Assembly: GCA_031426095.1 (NCBI GenBank)
Contig: JANPKP010000593.1
Span: forward strand, 1-45,055
DNA from: Gemmataceae bacterium
GTDB lineage: Bacteria; Planctomycetota; Planctomycetia; Gemmatales; Gemmataceae
DNA length: 45,055 nt
Direction of reading: 5' to 3'
Positions within the stretch are counted from its first letter, which is position 1. The number at the start of each line of letters is the position of its first letter. The notes under the pieces were generated by a model that did no database searches, was not told the origin of the DNA, and was given only the letters and a program-made list of their open reading frames with translations. A program made the translations under genes and the position numbers. Below are positions 36,829 to 45,055 of this stretch, piece by piece.

Positions 36829-39800
36829 ATTTCGGGGCGGCCGCATCGCCGTCCCACTCGACCTTGCACTTCGGCCACGCGGCTCGGAGCCGCTTCACCC
36901 CGTCGGCCGTCACCTTCGTGCCTTTGAGGACGAGTCGCTTCGGCCCGGACGTCTTGGCCAGGGCGTCGACCCCGCCATCCCCGAACGGGCCGCCCTCGAC
37001 CTCCAAGACGGACAGCGTCGGGATGGCGGCCGCCGCCGCGACCCCGGCCTCGGGGTATTTGCACTTGTAAAGACCGAGGTGGATCAGCCGGGGGGACCGG
37101 CCGAGGGCCGTCAGGGCGTCGGCGTCCAGGTCGCACTCGTACAGGTTGAGGCGTTCGGTCAGTGTCGGCATGGCGGCGATCCGCGAGCCAGCCGCCGCGT
37201 CCAGCCCCTTGCAGCGCACCAGGGTGAGGCTCTGGAGGGAGAGGCCGGTGATAGCCCCCCAACCGGCTTCGCTGCCGATCATGTTCTCGATCTTCAAGTT
37301 CGTCGTGGTCGTCAGTTCCCCGAGCCGCGCGACGTCGGCCGCGCCGGCCCGACCGACCCGAAGGGTGAGTTCCGTGAGTTTCGGGAACGTCTTGAGGGCG
37401 TCGATCGTCGTGCCGGTCAGGGGGACGGGGCTGACCAATTTCACCAGCGTGTCGCGGCACGGGGCCGCGGCCAGCCGGGCCACGGCCGCCTCCGAAAACG
37501 CCAGGTTGGCGAACGGGTCGTAGACCGCTTCGAGCCCGGCGAGGGGGGCGACGGCCGGGACCAGGACGTCGTCCACGAACCCCTTTGGCGGGCTCGGCTT
37601 GGCCCGCGACAGAGCCGTCAGGGTGAACGGCCCGGCCGGGAGCGAGTCGCCAGACTTGACCGAGACGGATACCCCGGACGGCAACCGGACGCCGATCGAC
37701 TCGAAGTGCGGCAGCAGGGCCTCGGCCGCGGTGCGGTCGGGGTCAGCTTTCGGCTTCGCGTCGTACTCCTTCCAGAACTCGGCCGCCGGCTTCTGTCCGA
37801 TCGTCTTCAAAGACTTCGATTGCTTTAACGCCTTCTCGTCCTCGGCCGGGATGGTAAGGGCGCCCGCGACGGCGATCTCTTGAATGGTGTCCGCGAAGAA
37901 CCGCAGCCCGCGCACGTTGATGCAATACACCCACGTCAGGGGCGCACCCTTGAGTGGTTCGAGGTCTATCGAGTGTTGTACCGCGACCCCCAAGCGGGTG
38001 AGTGGCATCCCGCGGAGGGGGGACAAGTCTTTCACCTTCGTGACGGTGAGAAAGACGTGTTCCAACTCTTGCCCGGCCAGTGGGGAGAGGTCCGTCACGT
38101 CGGTGTAGCTCAGGTTGAGTTGCTTCAACCGAACGCCCTGGAGCGGGGTGAGGTCCGCAACGGGGTTGTTTGATACATTCAGATGCCAGAGTTTTCCGAG
38201 GCCGGCGAGCAGTCGGAGGTCGCGGAGTATGCCGCGTTCGGTAGGCGAGCGGCCCCAGGCGTGCAACTTCTCCAACTCGGGGAACGCCGCGAGCGGGGAC
38301 AGGTCGGCGACATTGGACGTATCGACTTTGACGACGAGAACCGTCCCGTCCGCGTGCCGCTTTTCGACCGTCAAGGCCGACTCGGACCCCGGGTTGCGGC
38401 GGACGAACTCGGCCGCGACCTCCTTCTCCTGCGCGTCCGGCGTCATCGCCCGCACCTTTGCCACCCACGCCGGGTCGAGCGGGGGCAGGGCGGGCGGCCT
38501 CGCGGCGTCGAACTCCTTCCAGAACTCGGCCGCCGTTTTGCCGTTGAGCCTCTTGAGCCCCTTGAGGCCGCGAACCAAGGCGGGGTCGGCGAGCGCCTCG
38601 GCCGGGACGTGGAGATCGTAAAGCTCGTCCATCCCACGTAGTACGTCCAGCCGGGTGACGGGGTTGCCGCTCACATAAAGGGCCCACATCCTTTTCCCTG
38701 CCAGCGGCGACAGGTCGGTGATTCGGTTGTTGAACGCATACAGCCGCCCGACCGGCATGGACTTGAGCGGTCGGAGGTCGGCCACCCGATTGTTCGGCAC
38801 CTCGACCCCATCGATCGGTAACCCGACGAGCGGCGACAGGTCGGCGAGGATGCCCTGCTTGCCGGCCGGTGGGAAGCAATCCAGTCTGAGGAGATTCGGA
38901 AACCCCTGGAGGGGGGAGAGGTCCGCGACCGAGTCGGACACGATCGTGACGTGGCCCTGGAAGTCGTTGGGCTTGAGGGGGTGGGGCGTGAACTTAATCG
39001 CACCGTCGTACCCCGGGTTGCGCCGCTTCAACTCGGCCACCACTTCCGCGGCCCGGGCGTCCGGCGTCATCACCCTCACCTTCGCCACCCAAGCCGGGTC
39101 GAGCGGGGGGAACGGCGACGGCGGGCGGGTGAGGGTGCCCGTGCCCGTGACTTCCGTCACCGCGAGCGAGTGGAGGACCGTGCCCGAGTCTTTGAGGCTG
39201 ACCCCGACGAGCGGTTCCGGGCGCGGGTCGTTCGCCTTACTCACTTGGGCCGATGTCCCCCGCCATGCGGTCACGACCCGGCCGTTCCACTCGGCCTCCA
39301 CGCCGCCCTTGCGGATCCGGACGACGACCCGATGCCGGCCGCGCGTCGACTTGTCCAAGTCGGCCGCGCCGGACCAGTCGGGGGACGACGGCCCCTTCCC
39401 ACCGATGGTCGTGAACCCCATCCGCCCAGTACTCGGGCGAATCATCCAGGTGAGTGGGCGGCCGTCCCATGCGAATTCGAGGGCGTAGTCCCCGCCGTCG
39501 GGCGGGAGGGTGAACTCGGCCGCCACGTCGTACTCGGCGGGCGGGGCGTAGGGGGCCAGGATCATCGACCGGGGGTCCGAGGACTTGTCCGGCGGGGTTC
39601 CGGCCAGTCCTAACGACCCCTTGGCCCAGATCCCGGAGACCGCGTCCTTGTCCGGGTCGATGAGCGGCAGCAGGTCGATCGTCACCGGCTTCGCCGGAAT
39701 CGCCGCCACCCCCTTCGGGTCCACCGTCGCCACCGGCTTGCCGTCCTTCTCGACCACCACCGTTGTGCCGTCGGGCACCGTGATGACCGTCTCCTTGCCG

Positions 39801-41173
39801 TCCTTGTCGCGGAGTTTGACCACGATCACCGCCCCCACCCCGGCCGCGAACAGGCCGAGCAGCCCGGCGGCGGCGATGAGGAGCTTCGACACGGGCTTAC
39901 GGCGGGCGGCGGCCGGCTTCGGCGACGGGACCGAAGCCGGTGCGGGCGTCGGGTCGACCGGGGGCGTGGTGAGGAGCGTCGGCGTCAGGCCGCTCTCGGC
40001 GGGCGGGCGGGCCGACTCCGGGAGGACCATCGGCCGGCTCAGGCTGGCGGCAGCCGGCGGCCGCGGCACCGGGATCGGCTGGCTGCCCGACAGCCCGGGG
40101 GCGGCGGACGCCTTCAGCTTCTTCTCGATGGCGAGGAGTTCGGCCAGCGCCGCCTTCGCGTTCGCCGGCCGGCCGTCGCGGTCCTTCGCCAGCAACCGGG
40201 CCACGAACGCCGCCAGGTCGGCTGGGAATGCCGGGTGGGCGGCGTCGAGCGGCGGGGGTACGTCCACGGCCAGCGACGTGAGGGTGCCCATGACCGTGTC
40301 GCGGGCGAACGGGCTCTGGCCGGCCACCATGCGATAAAGCACGACGCCGACGCTGAACAGATCGGCCCGGCCGTCCACCTTGCCGCCGTTGGCCTGCTCC
40401 GGCGACATGTACGACGGGGTGCCGACGACCGCCCCGTCGCGGGTGAACTGGTCGTTCCCGTCGGCCCCGCGGGTCAGCCCGAAGTCGAGCACCTTCACCC
40501 GCCCGGTCGGCCGCTCCAGCCACAGGTTCGACGGCTTGATGTCGCGGTGGACGAGGCCCTTGTCGTGGGCCGCCGCCAGCCCCCGGAGGGTGTCGCGGGC
40601 CACCTTCGCCACGACCGTGGGCGTGGCCGGGCCGGGGCGGGCCTTGAGCCAGTCGTCGAGCGTCGCCCCTTCGAGGTACTCCATCGCCAGGAACGGGACG
40701 CCGTTCGCCTCGCCGACCTGGTAGATGGTGGTGACGTGGTCGCTCTTGAGTGCGGCGGCCGCCCGCCCCTCGCGGAGGAAGCGTTCGGCCGCGAGCGGGC
40801 CGGCGGCGACCTCGGGCCGCATCACCTTGAGGGCGACCGGGCGGCGGAGGGCGTCGTCCTCGGCCCGGAAGACGAACCCCATGCCGCCCTCGCCGAGCAG
40901 CCGGACGACGCGGTACGGGCCGAGCATCCCGAGGGCGTCGGGGTCGTCCGACGGGGCGAGGAAGGCGTACCCCGGGCCGGTGACGAACGTCCGCGACGGC
41001 GGGTCGTGCGGCGGGGGCGGCGGGGTGCCGCCGTCGCCCTGGGTGAACGTCTCGTCCCGTCCGGCGCTGTGGACCGGGGCGGGGGTGGGCTTGGGTCGTT
41101 CGGGCATGCCGGCGTCCGGGCGTGGGCGGGGTCTTGGCGGCCCCATTATGCCCGCCGCCCGGGGCCGACGCAA
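36827..41173 (-). CDS. Giant transmembrane Ser/Thr protein kinase with leucine-rich-repeat ectodomain
   Basis: Up to 1448 aa (alternative ATGs at 41146 and 41107). Hanks kinase at about 40136-40915 (GEGGMGFV, ALK, HRDIKPSNL, DFG, GTPSYMSPE). TM at about 39818-39883. C-terminal DLSPL-type LRR blocks. Confidence 0.9.
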   Translation of the reverse strand: MRRPRAAGIMGPPRPRPRPDAGMPERPKPTPAPVHSAGRDETFTQGDGGTPPPPPHDPPSRTFVTGPGYAFLAPSDDPDALGMLGPYRVVRLLGEGGMGFVFRAEDDALRRPVALKVMRPEVAAGPLAAERFLREGRAAAALKSDHVTTIYQVGEANGVPFLAMEYLEGATLDDWLKARPGPATPTVVAKVARDTLRGLAAAHDKGLVHRDIKPSNLWLERPTGRVKVLDFGLTRGADGNDQFTRDGAVVGTPSYMSPEQANGGKVDGRADLFSVGVVLYRMVAGQSPFARDTVMGTLTSLAVDVPPPLDAAHPAFPADLAAFVARLLAKDRDGRPANAKAALAELLAIEKKLKASAAPGLSGSQPIPVPRPPAAASLSRPMVLPESARPPAESGLTPTLLTTPPVDPTPAPASVPSPKPAAARRKPVSKLLIAAAGLLGLFAAGVGAVIVVKLRDKDGKETVITVPDGTTVVVEKDGKPVATVDPKGVAAIPAKPVTIDLLPLIDPDKDAVSGIWAKGSLGLAGTPPDKSSDPRSMILAPYAPPAEYDVAAEFTLPPDGGDYALEFAWDGRPLTWMIRPSTGRMGFTTIGGKGPSSPDWSGAADLDKSTRGRHRVVVRIRKGGVEAEWNGRVVTAWRGTSAQVSKANDPRPEPLVGVSLKDSGTVLHSLAVTEVTGTGTLTRPPSPFPPLDPAWVAKVRVMTPDARAAEVVAELKRRNPGYDGAIKFTPHPLKPNDFQGHVTIVSDSVADLSPLQGFPNLLRLDCFPPAGKQGILADLSPLVGLPIDGVEVPNNRVADLRPLKSMPVGRLYAFNNRITDLSPLAGKRMWALYVSGNPVTRLDVLRGMDELYDLHVPAEALADPALVRGLKGLKRLNGKTAAEFWKEFDAARPPALPPLDPAWVAKVRAMTPDAQEKEVAAEFVRRNPGSESALTVEKRHADGTVLVVKVDTSNVADLSPLAAFPELEKLHAWGRSPTERGILRDLRLLAGLGKLWHLNVSNNPVADLTPLQGVRLKQLNLSYTDVTDLSPLAGQELEHVFLTVTKVKDLSPLRGMPLTRLGVAVQHSIDLEPLKGAPLTWVYCINVRGLRFFADTIQEIAVAGALTIPAEDEKALKQSKSLKTIGQKPAAEFWKEYDAKPKADPDRTAAEALLPHFESIGVRLPSGVSVSVKSGDSLPAGPFTLTALSRAKPSPPKGFVDDVLVPAVAPLAGLEAVYDPFANLAFSEAAVARLAAAPCRDTLVKLVSPVPLTGTTIDALKTFPKLTELTLRVGRAGAADVARLGELTTTTNLKIENMIGSEAGWGAITGLSLQSLTLVRCKGLDAAAGSRIAAMPTLTERLNLYECDLDADALTALGRSPRLIHLGLYKCKYPEAGVAAAAAIPTLSVLEVEGGPFGDGGVDALAKTSGPKRLVLKGTKVTADGVKRLRAAWPKCKVEWDGDAAAPK
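38391..38485. repeat. Intragenic 95-nt duplication within the kinase ectodomain (partner at 39015-39109)
   Basis: 77/95 identical by hand alignment. Encodes PPLDPAWVAKVR(A/V)MTPDA...RRNPG modules. Confidence 0.85.
39015..39109. repeat. Intragenic 95-nt duplication, second copy
   Basis: See 38391-38485. A further shared motif TCCTTCCAGAACTCGGCCGCC (AAEFWKE) occurs near 37769 and 38512. Confidence 0.85.
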
Positions 41174-41185
41174 CCGGCCGTTGGG

Positions 41186-41995
41186 CTATTCCCCGCAGCA
41201 CGGGCAGACTTCCGGCACCAGCACCGTGAGGGTGGCCGAGTACGCCACGGCGTCGTACCCCTTGGCCCCCGCCTCGGCCGGCACCTTGTGGCGGGCGACC
41301 GCGAGGTGGTACGTCCCCACCTTCGGGGTGTAGCTCGCCCGCCCGTCGGCGTCGGTCGTCCGCTCGAAGTCGGGGTCGGTCCCCTCCTTGAGCGTGGTGC
41401 CCCGGGGGACGAAGCTGACCTTCGCCCCGGCCAGCGGCTTGCCCCGGAAGAGCAGCCGGACCTTGAGCGCGACCCCCGGCCCCATCGGGGCGACCGGGCT
41501 GGCCTCGGGCACCAGCTCCAGGGCGTGGCCGAGCGGCTTGTCGAACCCGGGGGCGTCCTTCGCCACCTTGTCGAGCGTCGGGGTGGCGAGGAAGTACGCC
41601 TTCGCCCCCTTCACCGAGCGGACCGGGCCGGCCCCGTGGTTGACGACCCGGTCGGAGGTCTGCGAGACGACGTAGAGCCCGGCCGCCGCGGGCACGAACC
41701 GGGCCGAGTGGAACCCCTCCTTCGGGGCGTACCCGAGGTCGACCAACTCGGGCTTGAGGTCGTACACCTTGCCGCCGGGGGCGACGACCTCGAAGGCCGT
41801 CACCCCGGCCGGGTCGAGCTTGCCCGCCAGCTTGAAGTCGCGGTGGTCGTTCCCGTGGTTGCCGAGCATGAGGTCGACGTGGACGGCGTCCCCGGTGCGG
41901 ACGACGGCGGCGTTCGTCTGCACCCAGGTGTCGTGGGCCGGGGCGGGGGCGGCCAGGAGCAGGGCGGCCGCGAGGGCCGGGACGGTGCGGGTCAT
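41186..41995 (-). CDS. DUF4198-family secreted protein (NikK/CbiK-like Ni/Co-uptake-associated fold) with C-terminal CPCC tail
   Basis: 269 aa. Signal peptide ending APAPA/HDTWV (family-typical N-terminal His after cleavage). Transthyretin-like KVRLLFRGKPLAGAKVSF...TDADGRASY. Ends VPEVCPCCGE. Confidence 0.8.
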   Translation of the reverse strand: MTRTVPALAAALLLAAPAPAHDTWVQTNAAVVRTGDAVHVDLMLGNHGNDHRDFKLAGKLDPAGVTAFEVVAPGGKVYDLKPELVDLGYAPKEGFHSARFVPAAAGLYVVSQTSDRVVNHGAGPVRSVKGAKAYFLATPTLDKVAKDAPGFDKPLGHALELVPEASPVAPMGPGVALKVRLLFRGKPLAGAKVSFVPRGTTLKEGTDPDFERTTDADGRASYTPKVGTYHLAVARHKVPAEAGAKGYDAVAYSATLTVLVPEVCPCCGE

Positions 41996-42035
41996 GACGG
42001 AATCTCCGGGTGTGGTTGTGTGTCGGGCCTGGGGG

Positions 42036-43115
42036 TCAATACTCGCCGGGGCCTTCGCCCCCGTCGCGGGTGGCCGCGGCGAGCCACGCCTGGGGCTCGA
42101 CGGCGTCGCGGACGAACCGGACGGACCCGTCGCCGAACGCGGCGTTCACCCCGCCGGCGTGGTTGCTCCGGGCGGCGAACCATCCCCGCCCGTGGGCCCC
42201 GCAGTCGGGGGCCGGGTCGTTCGGCCGGAGGGTCGTGTTGAACACGCTGTTCCAGTCCCGCCCGCCCCAGAACCAGGTGCTGCCCCGCATCACCCCCCAC
42301 GCCCGGCCGGCGTCGTCGCACTCCGGCGGGCGGGCGGTCACGACCGCCCCGCCCTTGAGCCACCCGCCCGGGGGCGTGCCGTTGGACGCGAACGTGCCGG
42401 TGTTGAGCGAGGCGTAGTACCGGCCGGCGGTGCCCGGCGGGGTGCCCCCCGCGGCCGGGGCGGTCCCCCCCGGGCCGAGCAGGCACTCGGACGCGAGCAG
42501 GGTGTTCGACGCCCCGTCCGTCATGTCCTTGAACTTCGTCCGGGAGCCGTACCAGAACATCCCGTCGGTCGGGAACTGGGCGTCGTAGTAGGCGGCCGCC
42601 GCGGTCGCCCGCCCGGACCCCATGTTCACCACGTAGTTCGTCCCGGCCGTCTTGAACTCGTTAGGCGTGCGGGCCGTGCTCGTCCGGGTGAACACCGGCG
42701 ACTGCCCGTCGCTCGGGCACAGGTAGACCGACACGACCGCCCCGGCGGCCGCGTCGTGGACCGGGTTGATCGTCCCCCTGAAGCCGTCGACCGACGCGGG
42801 CTGGCTGAAGTCGATCAGCTTCTGCAGATTGGCCTGCTCGATGAACGGCAGGACGTTGGCCAGGACGCCGAACGCGTAGCTCGCGTTGACCGACCCGTTC
42901 GGGGCCCCGTCGGCCAGCCCGGGGAGGTACCCCTTGCCGCTCTCGTGGTTGTGGAGCCCGAGGGCGACCTGCTTGAGGTTGTTCGCGCACTTCATCCGGG
43001 CGGCCGCCTCGCGGACCTTCTGGACCGCGGGCAGCAGCAGCCCGATCAGCACGGCGACGATGGCGATGACGACCAGTAACTCGATGAGCGTGAACGCGCG
43101 GCGGTGGCGGCGCAT
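42036..43115 (-). CDS. HX9DG / DUF1559 protein with prepilin-type N-terminal cleavage/methylation signal
   Basis: 359 aa. RRAFTLIELLVVIAIVAVLIGLLLPAVQKVREAAARMKC. C-terminal HAGGVNAAFGDG (H-X9-DG). Confidence 0.9.
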   Translation of the reverse strand: MRRHRRAFTLIELLVVIAIVAVLIGLLLPAVQKVREAAARMKCANNLKQVALGLHNHESGKGYLPGLADGAPNGSVNASYAFGVLANVLPFIEQANLQKLIDFSQPASVDGFRGTINPVHDAAAGAVVSVYLCPSDGQSPVFTRTSTARTPNEFKTAGTNYVVNMGSGRATAAAAYYDAQFPTDGMFWYGSRTKFKDMTDGASNTLLASECLLGPGGTAPAAGGTPPGTAGRYYASLNTGTFASNGTPPGGWLKGGAVVTARPPECDDAGRAWGVMRGSTWFWGGRDWNSVFNTTLRPNDPAPDCGAHGRGWFAARSNHAGGVNAAFGDGSVRFVRDAVEPQAWLAAATRDGGEGPGEY

Positions 43116-43218
43116 GGTGAGAGGTTCCCCTGTGCGAGGCGTGTGCGGGCGGAAGCGGCGGGCGCACGACTGGCGCGCGGCGGCCGGAACGGTGTCGATG
43201 GGGGCGGCTCAACGCACT

Positions 43219-43268
43219 CCGTTTAGCGAAGCGACCGGCGGCCGCGCGAACGCCAAATGGGGCTAACG
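43219..43268. repeat. Family-2 palindromic element, degenerate copy (between the Cys-rich ORF and the DUF1559 gene)
   Basis: CCGTTTAGCGAAGCGACCGGCGGCC matches the 7882 copy at 22/25 positions. Right side is degenerate (..GCTAACGAG). Confidence 0.7.
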
Positions 43269-43278
43269 AGAACCCGCG

Positions 43279-43884
43279 TTAGAAGTGCGACGCGGCCCGC
43301 GGGGGCGGCGACTCGGGGACATCGACCGGGGAAGTGAACCGGACCTCGGCGGCAACAGCGTGGACCGCCGGCGCGAACTCGGCGTCCGCCCGCACGGGCT
43401 CCACCGGCGGGGCGGACGGCTCCTCGGCGACGACGCCGAGCGGCCCTTGACCGCGGCACGGGCGGGCGTTCGCGGCCAGCACCCACGTCACCGTCGGGCC
43501 GTCCTGCGCTTCGGCCGCCGCCGGGGCGGGCGTCGCCTTGTCCTTGCACTTGGGGCACGCGGCCGGGTCGGGCGGCGTGGCGTCCGGCCCGCAGCAGCAG
43601 ATGCCCGTCGGCCGGCCGCACGCCCCGCCCCCGGGCGCGGGGGTCGGTTTCGGGACGGGCTTGGTCGCACACGCCCCGCCGGCGGCCGGGTCGCAGCGGC
43701 ACCCCTCGGCGGCCATCGCCCCGCAGCCGCACACGCCGCCGCCGCACCCGACCCCCGTGGCCCCGGCCGCCCGCACCTGGGGGAAACCGATTGCGCTCAC
43801 GACGTGGGCCAGCACCAGGGCGAACGCGACCGCCCCGCGGAGCGAGCCGAGGCGGGTCGGTCGGCGGTGGCGGCGGAAACGCAT
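43279..43884 (-). CDS. Hypothetical Cys-rich membrane-anchored protein
   Basis: 201 aa. Basic N-terminus plus TM (AVAFALVLAHVVSAIGF). 13 Cys, 12 of them in residues 47-113 (GCGGGVCGCG, GCRC, ICCCG, CPKC). Third-codon positions are nearly all G/C in this frame. No family recognised. Confidence 0.55.
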   Translation of the reverse strand: MRFRRHRRPTRLGSLRGAVAFALVLAHVVSAIGFPQVRAAGATGVGCGGGVCGCGAMAAEGCRCDPAAGGACATKPVPKPTPAPGGGACGRPTGICCCGPDATPPDPAACPKCKDKATPAPAAAEAQDGPTVTWVLAANARPCRGQGPLGVVAEEPSAPPVEPVRADAEFAPAVHAVAAEVRFTSPVDVPESPPPRAASHF

Positions 43885-43962
43885 GGGTGGAGCGATCGGA
43901 CGCGGGGGCGGAGGAGAACGTCACACTAACCCGCGCCCGGCACGCGGGCAAGGGTCCGATCT

Positions 43963-44019
43963 CCGTTTAACGCGGCGACCAACGGTCGCCACTTGCGAGC
44001 GCGGGCCGCCGCGCTAACC
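43963..44019. repeat. Family-2 palindromic element copy (between the SMP-30-like gene and the Cys-rich ORF)
   Basis: CCGTTTAACGCGGCGACCAACGGTC matches the 7882 copy at 19/25. Inner hairpin GGCGACCaacGGTCGCC. The right arm GCGCTAACC contains the TAG stop (44014-44016) of the SMP-30-like gene. Confidence 0.7.
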
Positions 44020-44973
44020 AAACCGCACCACCTCCTGCACGGGGCACGCCTCCATGTCCGTGTCGGCGATGAACAAATCCCCCGACGCCGGGCAGGCGGC
44101 GAAGTCGGCGGCCGGCATCCCCTCGGTCGCCGTCGTGAGGACGAGCTTCACCCCGTCCGGCCGCTTCAGCAACAGCGGGCACGTCACCCGCGGGGCCCCC
44201 GGCGTCGTCCACTCCTCGACGGCCGCCCCCGTGGCGAGGTCGTACCGCACCGCCCGCCCGGCCGGCTTGATGGCGGGGTCGTAGAAGGCGACGATTGCGG
44301 TGCCGTTGCCGCCGTCCCGCATCCCGTCGGGGAACGCCGCCTCGCCCTTCAAGTCGATGGCGACCCCGTCGGGCGTCGCCGCCCGGGCGGCCACGTCGAG
44401 CCGGTAGCGGGCCACCGTCTTCGTCGGCGTGTCGATGTCGAACAGTACCAACCCCTTCGCATCGCGGGCGAACACCTTGCCGTTCGAGCAGACCTGCCCG
44501 TCCCGCAGCACGCTGATCTTCGCGTCGTCCACGGTGAACAAATACAGGTGGGCGATCGGCCCCTCGAACTTCGTGTCCTTGGTGCCGAACACGACCGCCT
44601 TGCCGCCGGGCACCACGTCGCCGTCGTTGATGATCGTCCGCGGACTGTCGTCCGGAATCGCGGCGAGCGGCACGAACTCGTTGGTCTCCAAATCGAGGGT
44701 GCCGACCTCCTTGCCCATGCCGACGAGCAGGACGCCCGGCCGGTCGGTGGGGGCGATGAACCCGGGCCGGCTCGGCAGGTTGTGGACGGCCAGCTCCCCG
44801 TCGTCCCAGAAGCGGAGATGGACGGCCCCGCGGGTGGCGTCGGCGGCCGTCTGAATGTTCACCCACGCCACGGCATCCCGCCCGCCCACGGTAACGGCCC
44901 GCGGCCCCTCGGGGAGGAAGCGGTCCTCGTCGTCGTCGGCCGTCACGAACGGGCGGGCGGGGGTCGAGCGCAT
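44014..44973 (-). CDS. SMP-30/gluconolactonase/LRE-like beta-propeller protein
   Basis: ORF 44014..45021 (GTG start). ATG at 44971-44973 preferred (MRSTPARPFVTADDDEDRFLPEGPR...), 319 aa. SGL-type blocks INDGDVVPGGK, SNG, PDGMRDG. Confidence 0.75.
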   Translation of the reverse strand: MRSTPARPFVTADDDEDRFLPEGPRAVTVGGRDAVAWVNIQTAADATRGAVHLRFWDDGELAVHNLPSRPGFIAPTDRPGVLLVGMGKEVGTLDLETNEFVPLAAIPDDSPRTIINDGDVVPGGKAVVFGTKDTKFEGPIAHLYLFTVDDAKISVLRDGQVCSNGKVFARDAKGLVLFDIDTPTKTVARYRLDVAARAATPDGVAIDLKGEAAFPDGMRDGGNGTAIVAFYDPAIKPAGRAVRYDLATGAAVEEWTTPGAPRVTCPLLLKRPDGVKLVLTTATEGMPAADFAACPASGDLFIADTDMEACPVQEVVRFG

Positions 44974-45055
44974 GGGTAGCCTCGGGCGTTGGGGGTGGCG
45001 AGCCGGCGGCTTTTTTATCACTCCGGGCGAACCCCGTCCCGTCAGGGCGGGGGTG

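Noticed and set aside
45001-45055. T6 run (45011-45016) plus a nearby GC hairpin CCCCGTCCCgtcaGGGCGGGG as an intrinsic terminator.
   Set aside because: There is no convincing stem immediately 5' of the T-run and no plus-strand gene upstream. It lies in the 5' region of the minus-strand SMP-30-like gene at the window edge, so it cannot be interpreted without flanking sequence.

Overview
Very GC-rich chromosomal segment. The HX9DG/DUF1559 prepilin-type protein, the giant Ser/Thr kinase and an ACIII respiratory cluster point to Planctomycetota, probably Gemmataceae-like (inference). There are three gene blocks. (1) 81-16346 is a nucleobase catabolic island: xdhABC plus an NCS1 permease, an M20 amidohydrolase, and a complete reductive pyrimidine route (preT/preA, dihydropyrimidinase, CN-hydrolase beta-ureidopropionase, class-III aminotransferase, methylmalonate/malonate-semialdehyde dehydrogenase). 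(2) 16760-36481 is one co-oriented respiratory supercluster of about 20 kb: Alternative Complex III actABCDEF, an orphan membrane protein, SCO1, caa3-type oxidase subunits II/I/III/IV, a Trm112-fused methyltransferase, a diheme cytochrome c, ctaA, ctaB and a second SCO1. Many junctions are start/stop overlaps. (3) 36827-44973 is on the minus strand: a 1448-aa LRR receptor Ser/Thr kinase preceded by a DUF4198 protein with a CPCC tail, an HX9DG/DUF1559 pseudopilin-like protein and a 13-Cys membrane-anchored ORF, then an SMP-30/gluconolactonase-like gene. The least explained signal is non-coding. One family is a ~122-nt palindromic element (3 copies, all inside operons; two copies supply stop codons and the third supplies the 5' end of a gene). 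A second family has CCGTTTAG...CTAAACGG palindromes (3 copies). A third class is heptamer-periodic hairpins in ACIII/cox spacers. There are also long U-tract-less GC hairpins at every convergent junction. No rRNA, tRNA, CRISPR, transposase or integrase was recognised. The best candidate for an undescribed protein system is the Cys-rich / HX9DG / DUF4198-CPCC cassette linked to the receptor kinase, but that is inference only.
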